Assembly: GCA_022561675.1 (NCBI GenBank) | Contig: JADFQT010000001.1 | Coordinates: 1-28,093, forward strand | DNA: 28,093 nt | Origin: Chloroflexota bacterium | GTDB lineage: Bacteria > Chloroflexota > Dehalococcoidia > Lucifugimonadales > UBA3495 | Direction of reading: 5' to 3' | Shown here: one piece after another, positions 1 through 9,476 of the stretch | How positions within the stretch are numbered: position 1 is the stretch's first letter | Layout: each line of letters begins with the position of its first letter | Made by a program: the position numbers and the translations under genes | Notes under the pieces: generated by a model | The model's input: only the letters and a program-made list of their open reading frames with translations | Told to the model about the DNA's origin: nothing | Databases searched by the model: none

Positions 1-66
1 CTGGTTAAGCAGTCCGGGTTTCTTGTTGTGTAGGGCGAAGAATGGGAGTTGGGTTAAAAAACCGGC

Positions 67-1059
67 TCAATAGCCGGAACTGGAACTCGTGCCGTTCCCT
101 AATCCAGAGGCAACCTCCTTAAGGTCAGCCAGCGGCGCTTGGAAGCGTATGTTAATGGTCCCGCCTTCCACCGCAATTTCTAGCTTCTTCAACAACTCTT
201 GCGTCTGTTCATCGGCTATGACCATCTTACCCAAGGCCAGAAAGCCGATGAGAGCGTTGCCGATTTCCGCCGCCGAGTCCGGGTTGGTGAAACTCAGCTG
301 GGCTGCAATCTTCAGGTCCTCCCCGGGTCGGTCCACCACCAGGGTCACCAGGTCCAAATCCCGCACGGCTTCGAAGGCGATGGGGACAAAGCCGCCATCA
401 CCCATTTCTTCGTCTAGTTTCGCCAGGGCGTCCGGTGGGACGGCCATCGCCATCTTGAAGAGAGGTTCGCCCAGCGCCTCAAGACTGTCGACCACTTTGC
501 CGGAGGCCGGCTGGCTGTCACCCACCTGCACGTCTATTACGGCGTGGACCGCGGGCACCGTGCCTATCAATAAAACCTCGTCGCTGAGGAACGCCAGAGC
601 CAAGGTCTGATCGTCGGTTTCGCCGACGTGAATTTCTTGTCCCTTGTAGACCTGAGAGACCAGCTTCACTTTCCCGGAGTTCTCAAGAGCCGCCAATAAC
701 GTAGCTTGCTCGAACCTTCCCTTGGCCATTGCGCCGACAAACTCATCCTCCCGAGACAGGTCCCCGAAGATGATGGCGGTTTCGAACTCCTGCAGGTCAA
801 CCCCGGTTTCCCCCAGCGCCAGGTCTAACAAATCCTCAAAACTCTGAGGGTCGTCGCTGCTTTTGGGCGCCCGGTTGTAGAAACTCTTCAATTCCAGGTC
901 TCGGAGGATATCTCCCACTTGTACCTTGGCGATGAAGTTAGCTTGCTCGGGAATCAGCCTTTCCGGGTCCACCTTCTTAGATATTTCGGTCTCGCCACCA
1001 CAGGCAGCCAGGACTAACGCTAAGAAAAAAACCAGAGACAACCCACAGATACGATTCAT
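67..1059 (-). CDS. Putative lipoprotein, function unknown
   Basis: 330-aa ORF with basic N-terminus, hydrophobic stretch and lipobox LAAC followed by GG; no catalytic motif recognised. Confidence 0.8.
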   Translation of the reverse strand: MNRICGLSLVFFLALVLAACGGETEISKKVDPERLIPEQANFIAKVQVGDILRDLELKSFYNRAPKSSDDPQSFEDLLDLALGETGVDLQEFETAIIFGDLSREDEFVGAMAKGRFEQATLLAALENSGKVKLVSQVYKGQEIHVGETDDQTLALAFLSDEVLLIGTVPAVHAVIDVQVGDSQPASGKVVDSLEALGEPLFKMAMAVPPDALAKLDEEMGDGGFVPIAFEAVRDLDLVTLVVDRPGEDLKIAAQLSFTNPDSAAEIGNALIGFLALGKMVIADEQTQELLKKLEIAVEGGTINIRFQAPLADLKEVASGLGNGTSSSSGY

Positions 1060-1266
1060 ATTTCCCGCCGTTAAAGACTTTGCTGTTACCGAAAATTTCG
1101 CCTAAATCCAAGTCTAGCACAGCAATTTTTTAAGTCCGAGCCGTCTACGTTGGTGTTTCATGGGGTTTGCGGTCCGCCCGGCGCGAGGCGGTTCCATCAT
1201 CATCGGCCCGATCCACCGAAGGGATGGCGCCAGAGACGCGCCTGGTTCAGGCGTGTGGAGTTTTTG

Positions 1267-1295
1267 TTGACCGCCCACTACGGCTGGCCTATACT
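1267..1295 (+). promoter_or_regulatory. Sigma70-type promoter for rsfS
   Basis: TTGACC (1267-1272), 17-bp spacer, TATACT (1290-1295); Shine-Dalgarno TAAGGAGGTG at 1317-1326. Confidence 0.7.
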
Positions 1296-1331
1296 CGGTT
1301 TAAGCTGCTGTAAAGCTAAGGAGGTGGGTAG

Positions 1332-1676
1332 CTGGACTCAACGGAAATCGCGCAATTAGTGGTTGAAGTGGCCTCGGACAAATTGGCTGAGGACATTGTG
1401 ATGCTTGATCTGAGGCAGGTGGCCTCCTTCGCCGACTATTTTGTTATCATGTCGGCGGAATCCTCCCGCCAGATCGAGGCCCTGGAAGAGGATATAACAG
1501 AAGGCTTGAAGGTGGCCGAGGTCCGTCGCTTCCATCGGGAAGGGACTCACGCTTCAGGCTGGGTTCTCCTGGATTTCAGCGACGTGATCGTGCACATTTT
1601 CGGGCCCGAGGAGCGGGAGTTTTTCGGACTGGAGCGGCTCTGGTCCAGGGCTCCCCAAGTGGTTAGGATTCTGTGA
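1332..1676 (+). CDS. rsfS: Ribosome silencing factor RsfS (Iojap/YbeB); probable CTG start at 1332 (ORF track gives GTG 1359)
   Basis: Motifs [41 protein letters not shown]; perfect SD ends 5 nt before the CTG. Confidence 0.93.
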   Translation: MDSTEIAQLVVEVASDKLAEDIVMLDLRQVASFADYFVIMSAESSRQIEALEEDITEGLKVAEVRRFHREGTHASGWVLLDFSDVIVHIFGPEEREFFGLERLWSRAPQVVRIL

Positions 1677-2115
1677 TCCAAGGGTCTAGGTTTCGCTCGT
1701 AAGCCAAAACCTCTCGGGGTTGGAAAAACAGACCAATCTCCCGCTTGGCCGACTCCGAACTATCCGAACCATGCACCAGATTGCGGCCGATGGTTATGCC
1801 CAGGTCGCCGCGGATAGTTCCCGGTGGCGATTTGCTGGGGTCCGTTTCGCCCATGGTCTGACGCGCCAGAATTACGGCGTTTTCGGCCTCCCAAACCATG
1901 GCCACCGTGGGCGACGAGGTGATGAAATCCACCAGGCCCCGGTAAAATGGCCGGTCAATGTGCTCGGCGTAATGCCGGCCGGCCAGGGCCTCGTCGATCT
2001 GGAGCAGCTTCATGCCCACCAGCTTCAAGCCGCGGCGCTCCAAGCGAGAGATGACCTCACCAACCAGCCCCCGCTGGACTCCGTCCGGTTTCACCAGGAC
2101 AAGGGTCTGTTCCAT
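1663..2115 (-). CDS. ndk: Nucleoside diphosphate kinase
   Basis: [34 protein letters not shown] catalytic His motif; SD AAAGGAGG before ATG 2115. Confidence 0.97.
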   Translation of the reverse strand: MEQTLVLVKPDGVQRGLVGEVISRLERRGLKLVGMKLLQIDEALAGRHYAEHIDRPFYRGLVDFITSSPTVAMVWEAENAVILARQTMGETDPSKSPPGTIRGDLGITIGRNLVHGSDSSESAKREIGLFFQPREVLAYERNLDPWITES

Positions 2116-2257
2116 TGTATTGACGCCTCCTTTAATTCTGGGGGTTGGCAAAACTTATTAGCCCCTGGGTCAATTGCTGAACTTGGGAGATTCAATTCGC
2201 CTTAAATCCCCCTTTTCAATCGGGGCCCGAGGGGGACTAACCCCGATTTCCCTAGCC

Positions 2258-2962
2258 CTAGGGACTGGACCTGGACGATGACTGGGGGGTATGGTCCCTC
2301 CGCTTGGGTCCTCCGATGGAGGGCATCCGAAGATAGTGGGGTTGCAACGCCGCCAGATCGTCGGCCGCGCCCAGCTCGATTCTCTGCTGGCCCAGGGCGG
2401 CCAGCGACCAGAGTCGAGCCGCTGGCGACGATGTTACCGGCAGCGCCAGAGTTCCCAGGTGCTCCCGGATCAACCCCATCCACTTAGCGACTCCCTCGCC
2501 GCAAAAAATGGTTGGCTCGGCTATGTCGCTGAAAAGCTCCAACGGCGGACCGATAATATCCTCCGCCAGCCGCTGCCCATCCTTCCCAAATCTGGCTGCC
2601 GCCACCTCCTGCCGGCCCACATCCAGCAGGGCGCAGACCGGCACGCCGGATGCCAGGTAGGGATGGGCTTCCAGGTCCAGCGTCCTCAAGCCCACTAACG
2701 GTTTTCCCGACGCCAGGGCCAGACCCTTGGCCACGCTGATTCCCACTCGCAAGGCGCTGAAACCACCGGGCCCCAGGGCGACGGCGATTCCGGTCAAATC
2801 CATGGCGGCCAGCCGGTGCCAATTAAGAATTTCGGCGACGGCCGGCATGAGCTCAGCCGTGTGGTTGGCCTGGGAGCACCAACTGCGGCTGGAAATCACC
2901 TGGCCATCTTGGGCCAGAGCGACACCGGCGTGTCTGGTCGAGGTGTCAATTGCCAGCAACAC
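2258..2962 (-). CDS. tsaB: tRNA threonylcarbamoyladenosine biosynthesis protein TsaB
   Basis: LLAIDTS, GPGGFSALRVG, C-terminal LQPHYLR; abuts tsaE. Confidence 0.93.
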   Translation of the reverse strand: MLLAIDTSTRHAGVALAQDGQVISSRSWCSQANHTAELMPAVAEILNWHRLAAMDLTGIAVALGPGGFSALRVGISVAKGLALASGKPLVGLRTLDLEAHPYLASGVPVCALLDVGRQEVAAARFGKDGQRLAEDIIGPPLELFSDIAEPTIFCGEGVAKWMGLIREHLGTLALPVTSSPAARLWSLAALGQQRIELGAADDLAALQPHYLRMPSIGGPKRRDHTPQSSSRSSP

Positions 2963-3481
2963 CTAGGTTTTGGCCTCCCGGGCCCAATCTAACTCTCGCA
3001 GGCTGGCCAGCAATGGTTTGAAACGAGGAGCGGGGCTTTCCCCGGAGCTTTCCCCGGAGATTTCCAAGGTAATATCGCGGCAATCCACGGAATCGCCGTA
3101 GCTCAACTCGATCCAAAGGCAGTCTTGGGGGAATATCTCCGCGGCCCGGTCGGCCCACTCCACTACACACACTCCATCTCCGGTCAGCTGCTCCTCCAGC
3201 CCCAGGTCCCAGGCCTCCTCGGAGTCGCCTATGCGGTAGAGGTCCACGTGGTGCAGGACCATACGCCCCTGGTACCGCGTCATCAAGACGAATGTGGGAC
3301 TGCGGGCGTAGCCGGGAACCCCCAATCCCCAGGCGATTCCCTGGGTTAAGCAGGTTTTTCCGGCCCCCAGGGAACCGGTCAACAGGTATATGTCGCCGGC
3401 TTGGGCCTGTTCGCCGATGGACCTTCCCACGGCCTGGGTTTGCTCCGGACTGTTGGTGCGGATTCTCAGGCTGCAAGTCAT
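2963..3481 (-). CDS. tsaE: tRNA threonylcarbamoyladenosine biosynthesis ATPase TsaE
   Basis: Walker A GSLGAGKT, SPTFVL, HVDLYRI, VVEW; ATG 3481 chosen because it lies just after the thiL stop. Confidence 0.94.
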   Translation of the reverse strand: MTCSLRIRTNSPEQTQAVGRSIGEQAQAGDIYLLTGSLGAGKTCLTQGIAWGLGVPGYARSPTFVLMTRYQGRMVLHHVDLYRIGDSEEAWDLGLEEQLTGDGVCVVEWADRAAEIFPQDCLWIELSYGDSVDCRDITLEISGESSGESPAPRFKPLLASLRELDWAREAKT

Positions 3482-3485
3482 GGGG

Positions 3486-4493
3486 TTAGCGGTAGTGATC
3501 CCAGCCTCCGGGAGCGGCGGCGGTTTCTCGACCATCGGATCCGACGATGACCACCTCGCCGGCTCTGCCTTCGGTAATTTCGCCAATTAGGGCGGACCCT
3601 TCCGGTAGCTGGGGCAAAACCTCCGACATCAGGCGGGACTGGGCGGTGAACAGGAGTTGGTAATCCTCTCCTCCGTTGAGGGCCAGGTCCAGCCAATCGT
3701 CAGGAAAGGTCTGTTTCACCAGCGGGTGCACCGGCACTCGGTCGGCATAGATGCGAGCGGAAAGGCCGCTGGCCTGGCAGAGCTTGGAGAGGTCATCGGC
3801 CAGACCGTCGCTAATGTCCATCGCGGTCTCCACCCCGATCTTCGACAGCAGACGCCCTTGCTCCGTCGCCGGATGAGGCCGCCGATGGCTCTCGCTCAGG
3901 TACTCGGCGGCCGCGGATGGGGCTGGGGTATCCTCCAACAATAGCCGCAGACCGGCTCCGGAGGAGCCCACGTACCCGGTCACGCCAATCTCATCTCCGG
4001 CGCGGGCAGCGGTGCGAAGCATGGGATTGTCGGGATGGACGCCGGTGAGGCTGACGGTAATGAACACCACCGGAGAGCGCACCATGTCGCCGCCTACGAT
4101 GGCTACACCGTAGGTATTGCTGATCTGCATCATTCCGGCGTACAGCTCTTTAACGTGGTCGACATCGGTTTCCGGCGGCAGCCCCAGGGTAACCAGGGCG
4201 TACATGGGATGCCCGCCCATGGCGGCGATGTCGCTGATGTTGGAGGCCAGGGATTTCCAGCCCAGGTCGGTCCAGGGCGTGGTTTTCCGGTTGAAATGGA
4301 CGCCTTCAACCATTGTGTCGGTGGTGAAAAGCTCCGTCGCATTGCCCGTGCGCCAGGCGGCGGCGTCGTCACCGTTATCGACCAGGAGACGGTAACCGAA
4401 CTCCGCGCCATGGTCCGGGCCGCTTCTCTGGGCGGTAACTGTCTCTTTGAGCAGATCGATAACCGCGAATTCCCCCAAGTCTTTTATCTGCAT
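3486..4493 (-). CDS. thiL: Thiamine-monophosphate kinase
   Basis: LGEFAVI, GDDAA, EGVHF, NISDIAAMGG, MDISDGL, GGEDYQLLFT, C-terminal GWDHY. Confidence 0.96.
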   Translation of the reverse strand: MQIKDLGEFAVIDLLKETVTAQRSGPDHGAEFGYRLLVDNGDDAAAWRTGNATELFTTDTMVEGVHFNRKTTPWTDLGWKSLASNISDIAAMGGHPMYALVTLGLPPETDVDHVKELYAGMMQISNTYGVAIVGGDMVRSPVVFITVSLTGVHPDNPMLRTAARAGDEIGVTGYVGSSGAGLRLLLEDTPAPSAAAEYLSESHRRPHPATEQGRLLSKIGVETAMDISDGLADDLSKLCQASGLSARIYADRVPVHPLVKQTFPDDWLDLALNGGEDYQLLFTAQSRLMSEVLPQLPEGSALIGEITEGRAGEVVIVGSDGRETAAAPGGWDHYR

Positions 4494-4502
4494 GACACAA
4501 AG

Positions 4503-4531
4503 ATTATATCCTGCCGTTGGGAGGGGCTCAA
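4503..4531 (-). promoter_or_regulatory. Sigma70-type promoter for thiL-tsaE-tsaB
   Basis: Minus strand TTGAGC (4531-4526), 17 bp, TATAAT (4508-4503), 9 nt upstream of the thiL ATG. Confidence 0.65.
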
Positions 4532-4704
4532 GGAAAGGCAGTGACTTGAGCTGAAACCGCCCCCCGTCGCGGGGACCGACTGCCCAGTTAAACCCCCAGG
4601 CTAAAACTCAGGGTAGGGGGTCGTAGGGACAGCATCGACAGCGTAAAACAAGCTGGGGCTGATCGGTCAAGGCCAGTGGGGTACTCAGTCAGCGGGTTTC
4701 TGTG

Positions 4705-4748
4705 TATAATGCTTCCCTAGCTGGATCGGTTTGTGATATATTACACAA
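4705..4748 (+). promoter_or_regulatory. gltB promoter -10 plus palindromic operator (Rex/CRP-like)
   Basis: TATAAT at 4705-4710; TTGTGATATATTACACAA at 4731-4748 resembles TTGTGAANNNNTTCACAA. Confidence 0.5.
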
Positions 4749-4871
4749 TCATCTAAGCCTCCTCGAATGGCGTCCGTGTCGGCGCCGTCTTCCATAGTCA
4801 CCGGGACCAGTTGTCACTTAGCCAGGCAAGGGAATAGCTTTCCCTTTACCAATGGGATAGGGGTCATACCT

Positions 4872-7800
4872 ATGGTTCGAGACCCGTTGAAAGAGTTGGC
4901 ACTCCACGGGCTGTATTCTCCGGAGCAGGAGCATGACAGCTGCGGTGTTGGCATGGTGGCCAACATCAAGGGGGGACAATCCCACTCTATCATCACGGAA
5001 TCCCTGCAGGTGCTGGTGAATTTGGGCCATCGCGGGGCCTGTGGCTGTGACCCAGAAACGGGCGACGGCGCCGGTATTCTGATTCAGATGCCCGACGCAT
5101 TCCTCCGGAGGGAGTGCTCCAATCTGGGAATAACCCTGCCCGGGCCTGGGGAATACGGCGTAGGGATGGTTTTTCTGCCACCCCAGCCCGAGGCCGGGTT
5201 GAAAACGACAGCCTTGATTGAGCGGGTGATTGGCGAAGAGGGCCTGGAGTTGCTTGGCTGGCGGGATGTTCCGGTGGACCCAGCGGCGCTCGGTCGTGAT
5301 TCCAGGGCGGTGCAGCCCAAAATCCGCCAGGTATTTGTTGGTTGGGGCTCCCAGGTAAAAGATGCGAAGCAGCTGGAACGCAAGCTCTACACCGTTCGGA
5401 AGGTAATCGAACATTCCCTGGACGATTGCGGTCTCAGCGAGCATGAGGCCGACTACTTCTACATATGTAGTCTCTCTTGCAACACTATAGTTTACAAGGG
5501 CCTGCTGATGACCCATCAGCTAGCCGGGTTTTACCTGGACTTGAACGATGAGTCCATGGTCAGCGCCTTTGCCCTGGTGCACTCCAGATTCAGCACCAAC
5601 ACCCTGGGTCACTGGAAACTGGCCCACCCCTATCGCTACCTGGCGCACAACGGCGAGATCAACACGTTGCGGGGCAATCTCAACTGGATGACTGCCCGGG
5701 AAGCTCAGTTTTCATCGCCTTTGTTTGGCGATGACATGAGCAAGATTGCTCCGGTAATGACCGCGGGGGCCAGCGACACGGCCTGCTTCGACAACGCCCT
5801 GGAGCTGCTGCTGATGACCGGGCGCGACCTGGGTCACGCCATGCTGATGATGATCCCCGAGGCATGGGACCAGCATGAAACCATGTCTCAGGAGAAAAAG
5901 GACTTCTACGAGTATCATTCCTGCCTGATGGAGCCGTGGGACGGTCCGGCGATGATGGTGGCCGCCGATGGTAAGACCATCTGCGCCGTGCTGGACCGCA
6001 ACGGCCTGCGGCCCTTCCGTTACACTGTAACCTACGACGATAAACTGATTATGGCCTCGGAGACCGGGGTGTTGGACATACCTCCGGCTCAGATCAAGGA
6101 GAAGGGACGGCTGCAGCCCGGACGGATGTTCCTGGTTAGCATGGAAGAGGGCCGGATCATCGGCGACGAGGAGCTGAAGCAGGGGTTGGCCCGCCGCCAG
6201 CCCTACGCCACCTGGCTGAAGGAGCAGAAAGTTGCGCTGGAGTCTCTGCCCGTTCCGGCGGCAGTCAAGACAATAGATGAAGAAGCCTTGCCCCAGCAGC
6301 AGAGGGCCTTCGGATACACGGTGGAAGAGCTACGCATACTTACCACACCGATGGCGGTCACCGGCAGCGAAGCCATCGGCTCCATGGGAAACGACGCCGC
6401 CTTGGCCGTACTGTCCCAGGAAAACCAGCTGCTGTTCAACTACTTCAAGCAGCTGTTCGCCCAGGTTACCAACCCGCCGCTGGACGCCATTCGCGAGGAG
6501 TTGGTCACCTCCAAGGCCACCTTTATTGGCAGCGAGCAGAACCTGTTTGAGGAAACCCCGCTTCACTGCCGGCAGTTGTCCCTCCATTCCCCTTTGATCA
6601 ATGACCGGGAGTTGGAGCAGATACGGCAGCTGGACCGCCCCGGGCTCCGGGCCACCACGCTGTCAATACTTTTTGACGCCCAGGCGGGTGCCCAAGCGGG
6701 TGAAAGTCCGCTGAAGGCGGCCCTGGACCGGCTCTGCGCCGAGGCTTCCCAGGCTATCGAAGACGGGTATGCCATCATCATTCTTTCTGACCGCGGCGTG
6801 GACCCTCGACACGCGCCCATACCCAGTCTACTTGCTACTTCAGCGGTGCATCATCACCTGATCCGCCAGGGAACTCGCACTCGCGTGGGTCTGGTGGTGG
6901 AATCCGGGGAGCCCAGAGAAGTGCAGCACTTCTCCCTGCTGGTCGGGTATGGCGCCGGGGCGATCAATCCCTACTTGGCCCTCCAAACTGTGCGGAACAT
7001 GGCGGAACGTGGTGAGTTCGACGACCCCAGTTCGGACCGAAGCGCCAGTTCGGACCGGTCGGTGGAGAACTTTATCCGGGCCAACGAGAAGGGCCTGATC
7101 AAGATTATGTCCAAGATGGGCATCTCCACGGTGCAGAGCTACCGGGGCGCACAAATATTCGAAGCCATCGGACTAAGTCAGGAACTGGTCGACCAATACT
7201 TCACCTGGACCCCCTCCCGCATCGAGGGAATTGGCCTGGAGGTAGTGGAGGAGGAAGCGCTGCAGCGGCATCGCTCGGCTTTCGCCAAAGCTGGCATAGC
7301 CGGCCAACAGGACCTGGAGATGGGCAGCTTTTACCAGTGGCGGCGCGACGGCGAGGTGCACCAGTGGAATCCGGAATCTATTGCCTCGCTGCAATACGCT
7401 GCCAAGAGCAATGACTGGGCGGCCTATCAGGAGTTCGCCCGCCAGGCCAATGATTTGGGCGAACGCATGGCTACTCTGCGGGGTTTGCTTCGGTTCAAGA
7501 TGAGCCCTAACCCGGTTCCGCTGGAGGAGGTGGAGCCGGCCTCGGAGATAACCAAGCGATTTGCCACCGGCGCTGTCTCCCTGGGTTCCATCAGCCGGGA
7601 GGCCCACGAGACCATGGCCATTGCCATGAACCGTCTCGGCGCGCGCAGCAACACCGGCGAGGGAGGCGAGGATTACCATCGGTATACTCCGGACGCCAAC
7701 GGTGATTCCCGCAGCAGCGCTGTCAAACAGGTGGCCTCAGGGCGCTTCGGGGTTACTCCCAACTACCTGGTCAACGCCACCGACTTGCAAATAAAAATGG

Positions 7801-9476
7801 CCCAGGGCTCCAAGCCCGGTGAGGGTGGGCAGCTTCCTGGGCACAAGGTGGACGAATATATCGGCTGGATCCGCAGCACCATGCCGGGGGTCGAGCTGAT
7901 ATCGCCGCCGCCGCACCACGACATCTACTCTATTGAGGACCTGGCCCAGCTGATTCACGACCTGAAGAATGTCAATCCAGAGGCACGGATCCACGTCAAG
8001 CTGGTCTCAGAAGTCGGGGTTGGCACCATCGCCGCCGGTGTTTCCAAGGGTCACGGTGATGTGGTGCTGATCAGCGGGCACGACGGAGGCACCGGGGCAT
8101 CCCCCGAATCATCCATCAAGCACGCGGGTCTTCCGTGGGAATTGGGGGTGGCGGAAACCCACCAGGTGTTGGTGGCCAACGACCTGCGCAGCCGCATTGT
8201 GGTCCAGACCGACGGCCAGCTAAAGACCGGCCGGGACGTGGCCATCGCCGCCCTGCTCGGCGCTGAAGAGTTCGGCATGGCCACATCGGCCCTGATTGTC
8301 ACTGGCTGCATAATGCTGCGCAAGTGTCACCTGAACACTTGCTCGGTGGGGATTGCCACCCAGGACCCGGAGTTGCGGAAGAATTTCGCCGGCGAGCCGG
8401 AGCATCTGGTCAACTATTTCAACTTCGTAGCAGAAGACCTGCGGTTGATAATGGCAGAGCTGGGCTTTCGCACAGTAAACGAAATGATCGGCCGGGTTGA
8501 CCTCCTGGAAAGCGCTGGGGCCGAAAGCGCTGGGGCCGCCGCTAACTGGAAGGTCAAGGGAATTGACCTGTCCCGGTTGCTCTCCCTGGCTCCCCGGTCC
8601 GACGAGGTGGGAGTTTACTGCCAGCAGATGCAGGACCACGGATTGGAGCAGGCCCTGGATCACCAGCTGATTGCGCTGGCCCAAGATGCGGTGGAGCGGC
8701 GGAAGCCGGTGATCATCGATTTGCCCATCTTCAACTCTAACCGCACCGTCGGCGCCATGCTCAGCGGCAAGATCGCCAAGAAATGGGGCGAAGAGGGCCT
8801 GCCGCCGGGCACCATTAACATCAACTTCACCGGCTCGGCCGGGCAGAGCTTCGCCGCATTTTTGGCCAAGGGAATTCATATCCGCCTGGAAGGCGATACC
8901 AACGACTACATGGGCAAGGGCATGTCCGGTGGCAGGCTGGTGGTTTGCCCGCCTTCTGAAGCCGGATTTGTGCCCGAAGAGAACATCATCATCGGCAATG
9001 TGGCGCTGTATGGCGCCACCGGCGGGGAGGTGTTTATCCACGGTCGGGCCGGCGAGCGCTTCTGCGTACGGAACAGCGGTGCTCGCGCGGTGGTGGAGAG
9101 CGTGGGCGACCACGGATGCGAATATATGACCGGCGGCGTGGTGGTGGTGCTGGGCCCCACTGGACGCAACTTCGCCGCTGGGATGAGCGGTGGCATCGCC
9201 TTTGTATACGACCCGGACGACGACTTCCAAATACGCTTTAACCCCGGTTTGGCCGACCTGGAGTTGGTGACCGACCCGGAAGATATCGCCACCCTGCGCA
9301 GCATGATCGAAGACCATTTCCGGCACACCGGCAGCGGCCCGGCGGGACAAATTCTGGACAACTGGCAGCAGGCGCTGCCCAGGTTTAAGAAAATCATGCC
9401 CCGGGATTATCGGCGGGTATTGGAAGAGCGGAAGCGGCGGGAGGAACACCAGCTGGAAGAAGTCCGGCATGGCTAA
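4872..9476 (+). CDS. gltB: Glutamate synthase large subunit
   Basis: HDSCGVG N-terminal nucleophile Cys, HSRFSTNT, AHNGEINT, MEPWDGPA, QIKMAQGSKPGEGGQLPG, 3Fe-4S cysteines CIMLRKCHLNTC, GXGXG C-terminal domain; ATG 4872 preferred over 4767. Confidence 0.98.
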   Translation: MVRDPLKELALHGLYSPEQEHDSCGVGMVANIKGGQSHSIITESLQVLVNLGHRGACGCDPETGDGAGILIQMPDAFLRRECSNLGITLPGPGEYGVGMVFLPPQPEAGLKTTALIERVIGEEGLELLGWRDVPVDPAALGRDSRAVQPKIRQVFVGWGSQVKDAKQLERKLYTVRKVIEHSLDDCGLSEHEADYFYICSLSCNTIVYKGLLMTHQLAGFYLDLNDESMVSAFALVHSRFSTNTLGHWKLAHPYRYLAHNGEINTLRGNLNWMTAREAQFSSPLFGDDMSKIAPVMTAGASDTACFDNALELLLMTGRDLGHAMLMMIPEAWDQHETMSQEKKDFYEYHSCLMEPWDGPAMMVAADGKTICAVLDRNGLRPFRYTVTYDDKLIMASETGVLDIPPAQIKEKGRLQPGRMFLVSMEEGRIIGDEELKQGLARRQPYATWLKEQKVALESLPVPAAVKTIDEEALPQQQRAFGYTVEELRILTTPMAVTGSEAIGSMGNDAALAVLSQENQLLFNYFKQLFAQVTNPPLDAIREELVTSKATFIGSEQNLFEETPLHCRQLSLHSPLINDRELEQIRQLDRPGLRATTLSILFDAQAGAQAGESPLKAALDRLCAEASQAIEDGYAIIILSDRGVDPRHAPIPSLLATSAVHHHLIRQGTRTRVGLVVESGEPREVQHFSLLVGYGAGAINPYLALQTVRNMAERGEFDDPSSDRSASSDRSVENFIRANEKGLIKIMSKMGISTVQSYRGAQIFEAIGLSQELVDQYFTWTPSRIEGIGLEVVEEEALQRHRSAFAKAGIAGQQDLEMGSFYQWRRDGEVHQWNPESIASLQYAAKSNDWAAYQEFARQANDLGERMATLRGLLRFKMSPNPVPLEEVEPASEITKRFATGAVSLGSISREAHETMAIAMNRLGARSNTGEGGEDYHRYTPDANGDSRSSAVKQVASGRFGVTPNYLVNATDLQIKMAQGSKPGEGGQLPGHKVDEYIGWIRSTMPGVELISPPPHHDIYSIEDLAQLIHDLKNVNPEARIHVKLVSEVGVGTIAAGVSKGHGDVVLISGHDGGTGASPESSIKHAGLPWELGVAETHQVLVANDLRSRIVVQTDGQLKTGRDVAIAALLGAEEFGMATSALIVTGCIMLRKCHLNTCSVGIATQDPELRKNFAGEPEHLVNYFNFVAEDLRLIMAELGFRTVNEMIGRVDLLESAGAESAGAAANWKVKGIDLSRLLSLAPRSDEVGVYCQQMQDHGLEQALDHQLIALAQDAVERRKPVIIDLPIFNSNRTVGAMLSGKIAKKWGEEGLPPGTININFTGSAGQSFAAFLAKGIHIRLEGDTNDYMGKGMSGGRLVVCPPSEAGFVPEENIIIGNVALYGATGGEVFIHGRAGERFCVRNSGARAVVESVGDHGCEYMTGGVVVVLGPTGRNFAAGMSGGIAFVYDPDDDFQIRFNPGLADLELVTDPEDIATLRSMIEDHFRHTGSGPAGQILDNWQQALPRFKKIMPRDYRRVLEERKRREEHQLEEVRHG

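Noticed and set aside
3482..3586. N-terminal extension of tsaE
   Set aside because: Overlaps thiL by about 100 nt; ATG 3481 fits the family length.
4767..4871. N-terminal extension of gltB in the ORF track
   Set aside because: No SD at 4767 and the sequence does not look like GltB; ATG 4872 gives a normal-length propeptide before the catalytic Cys.
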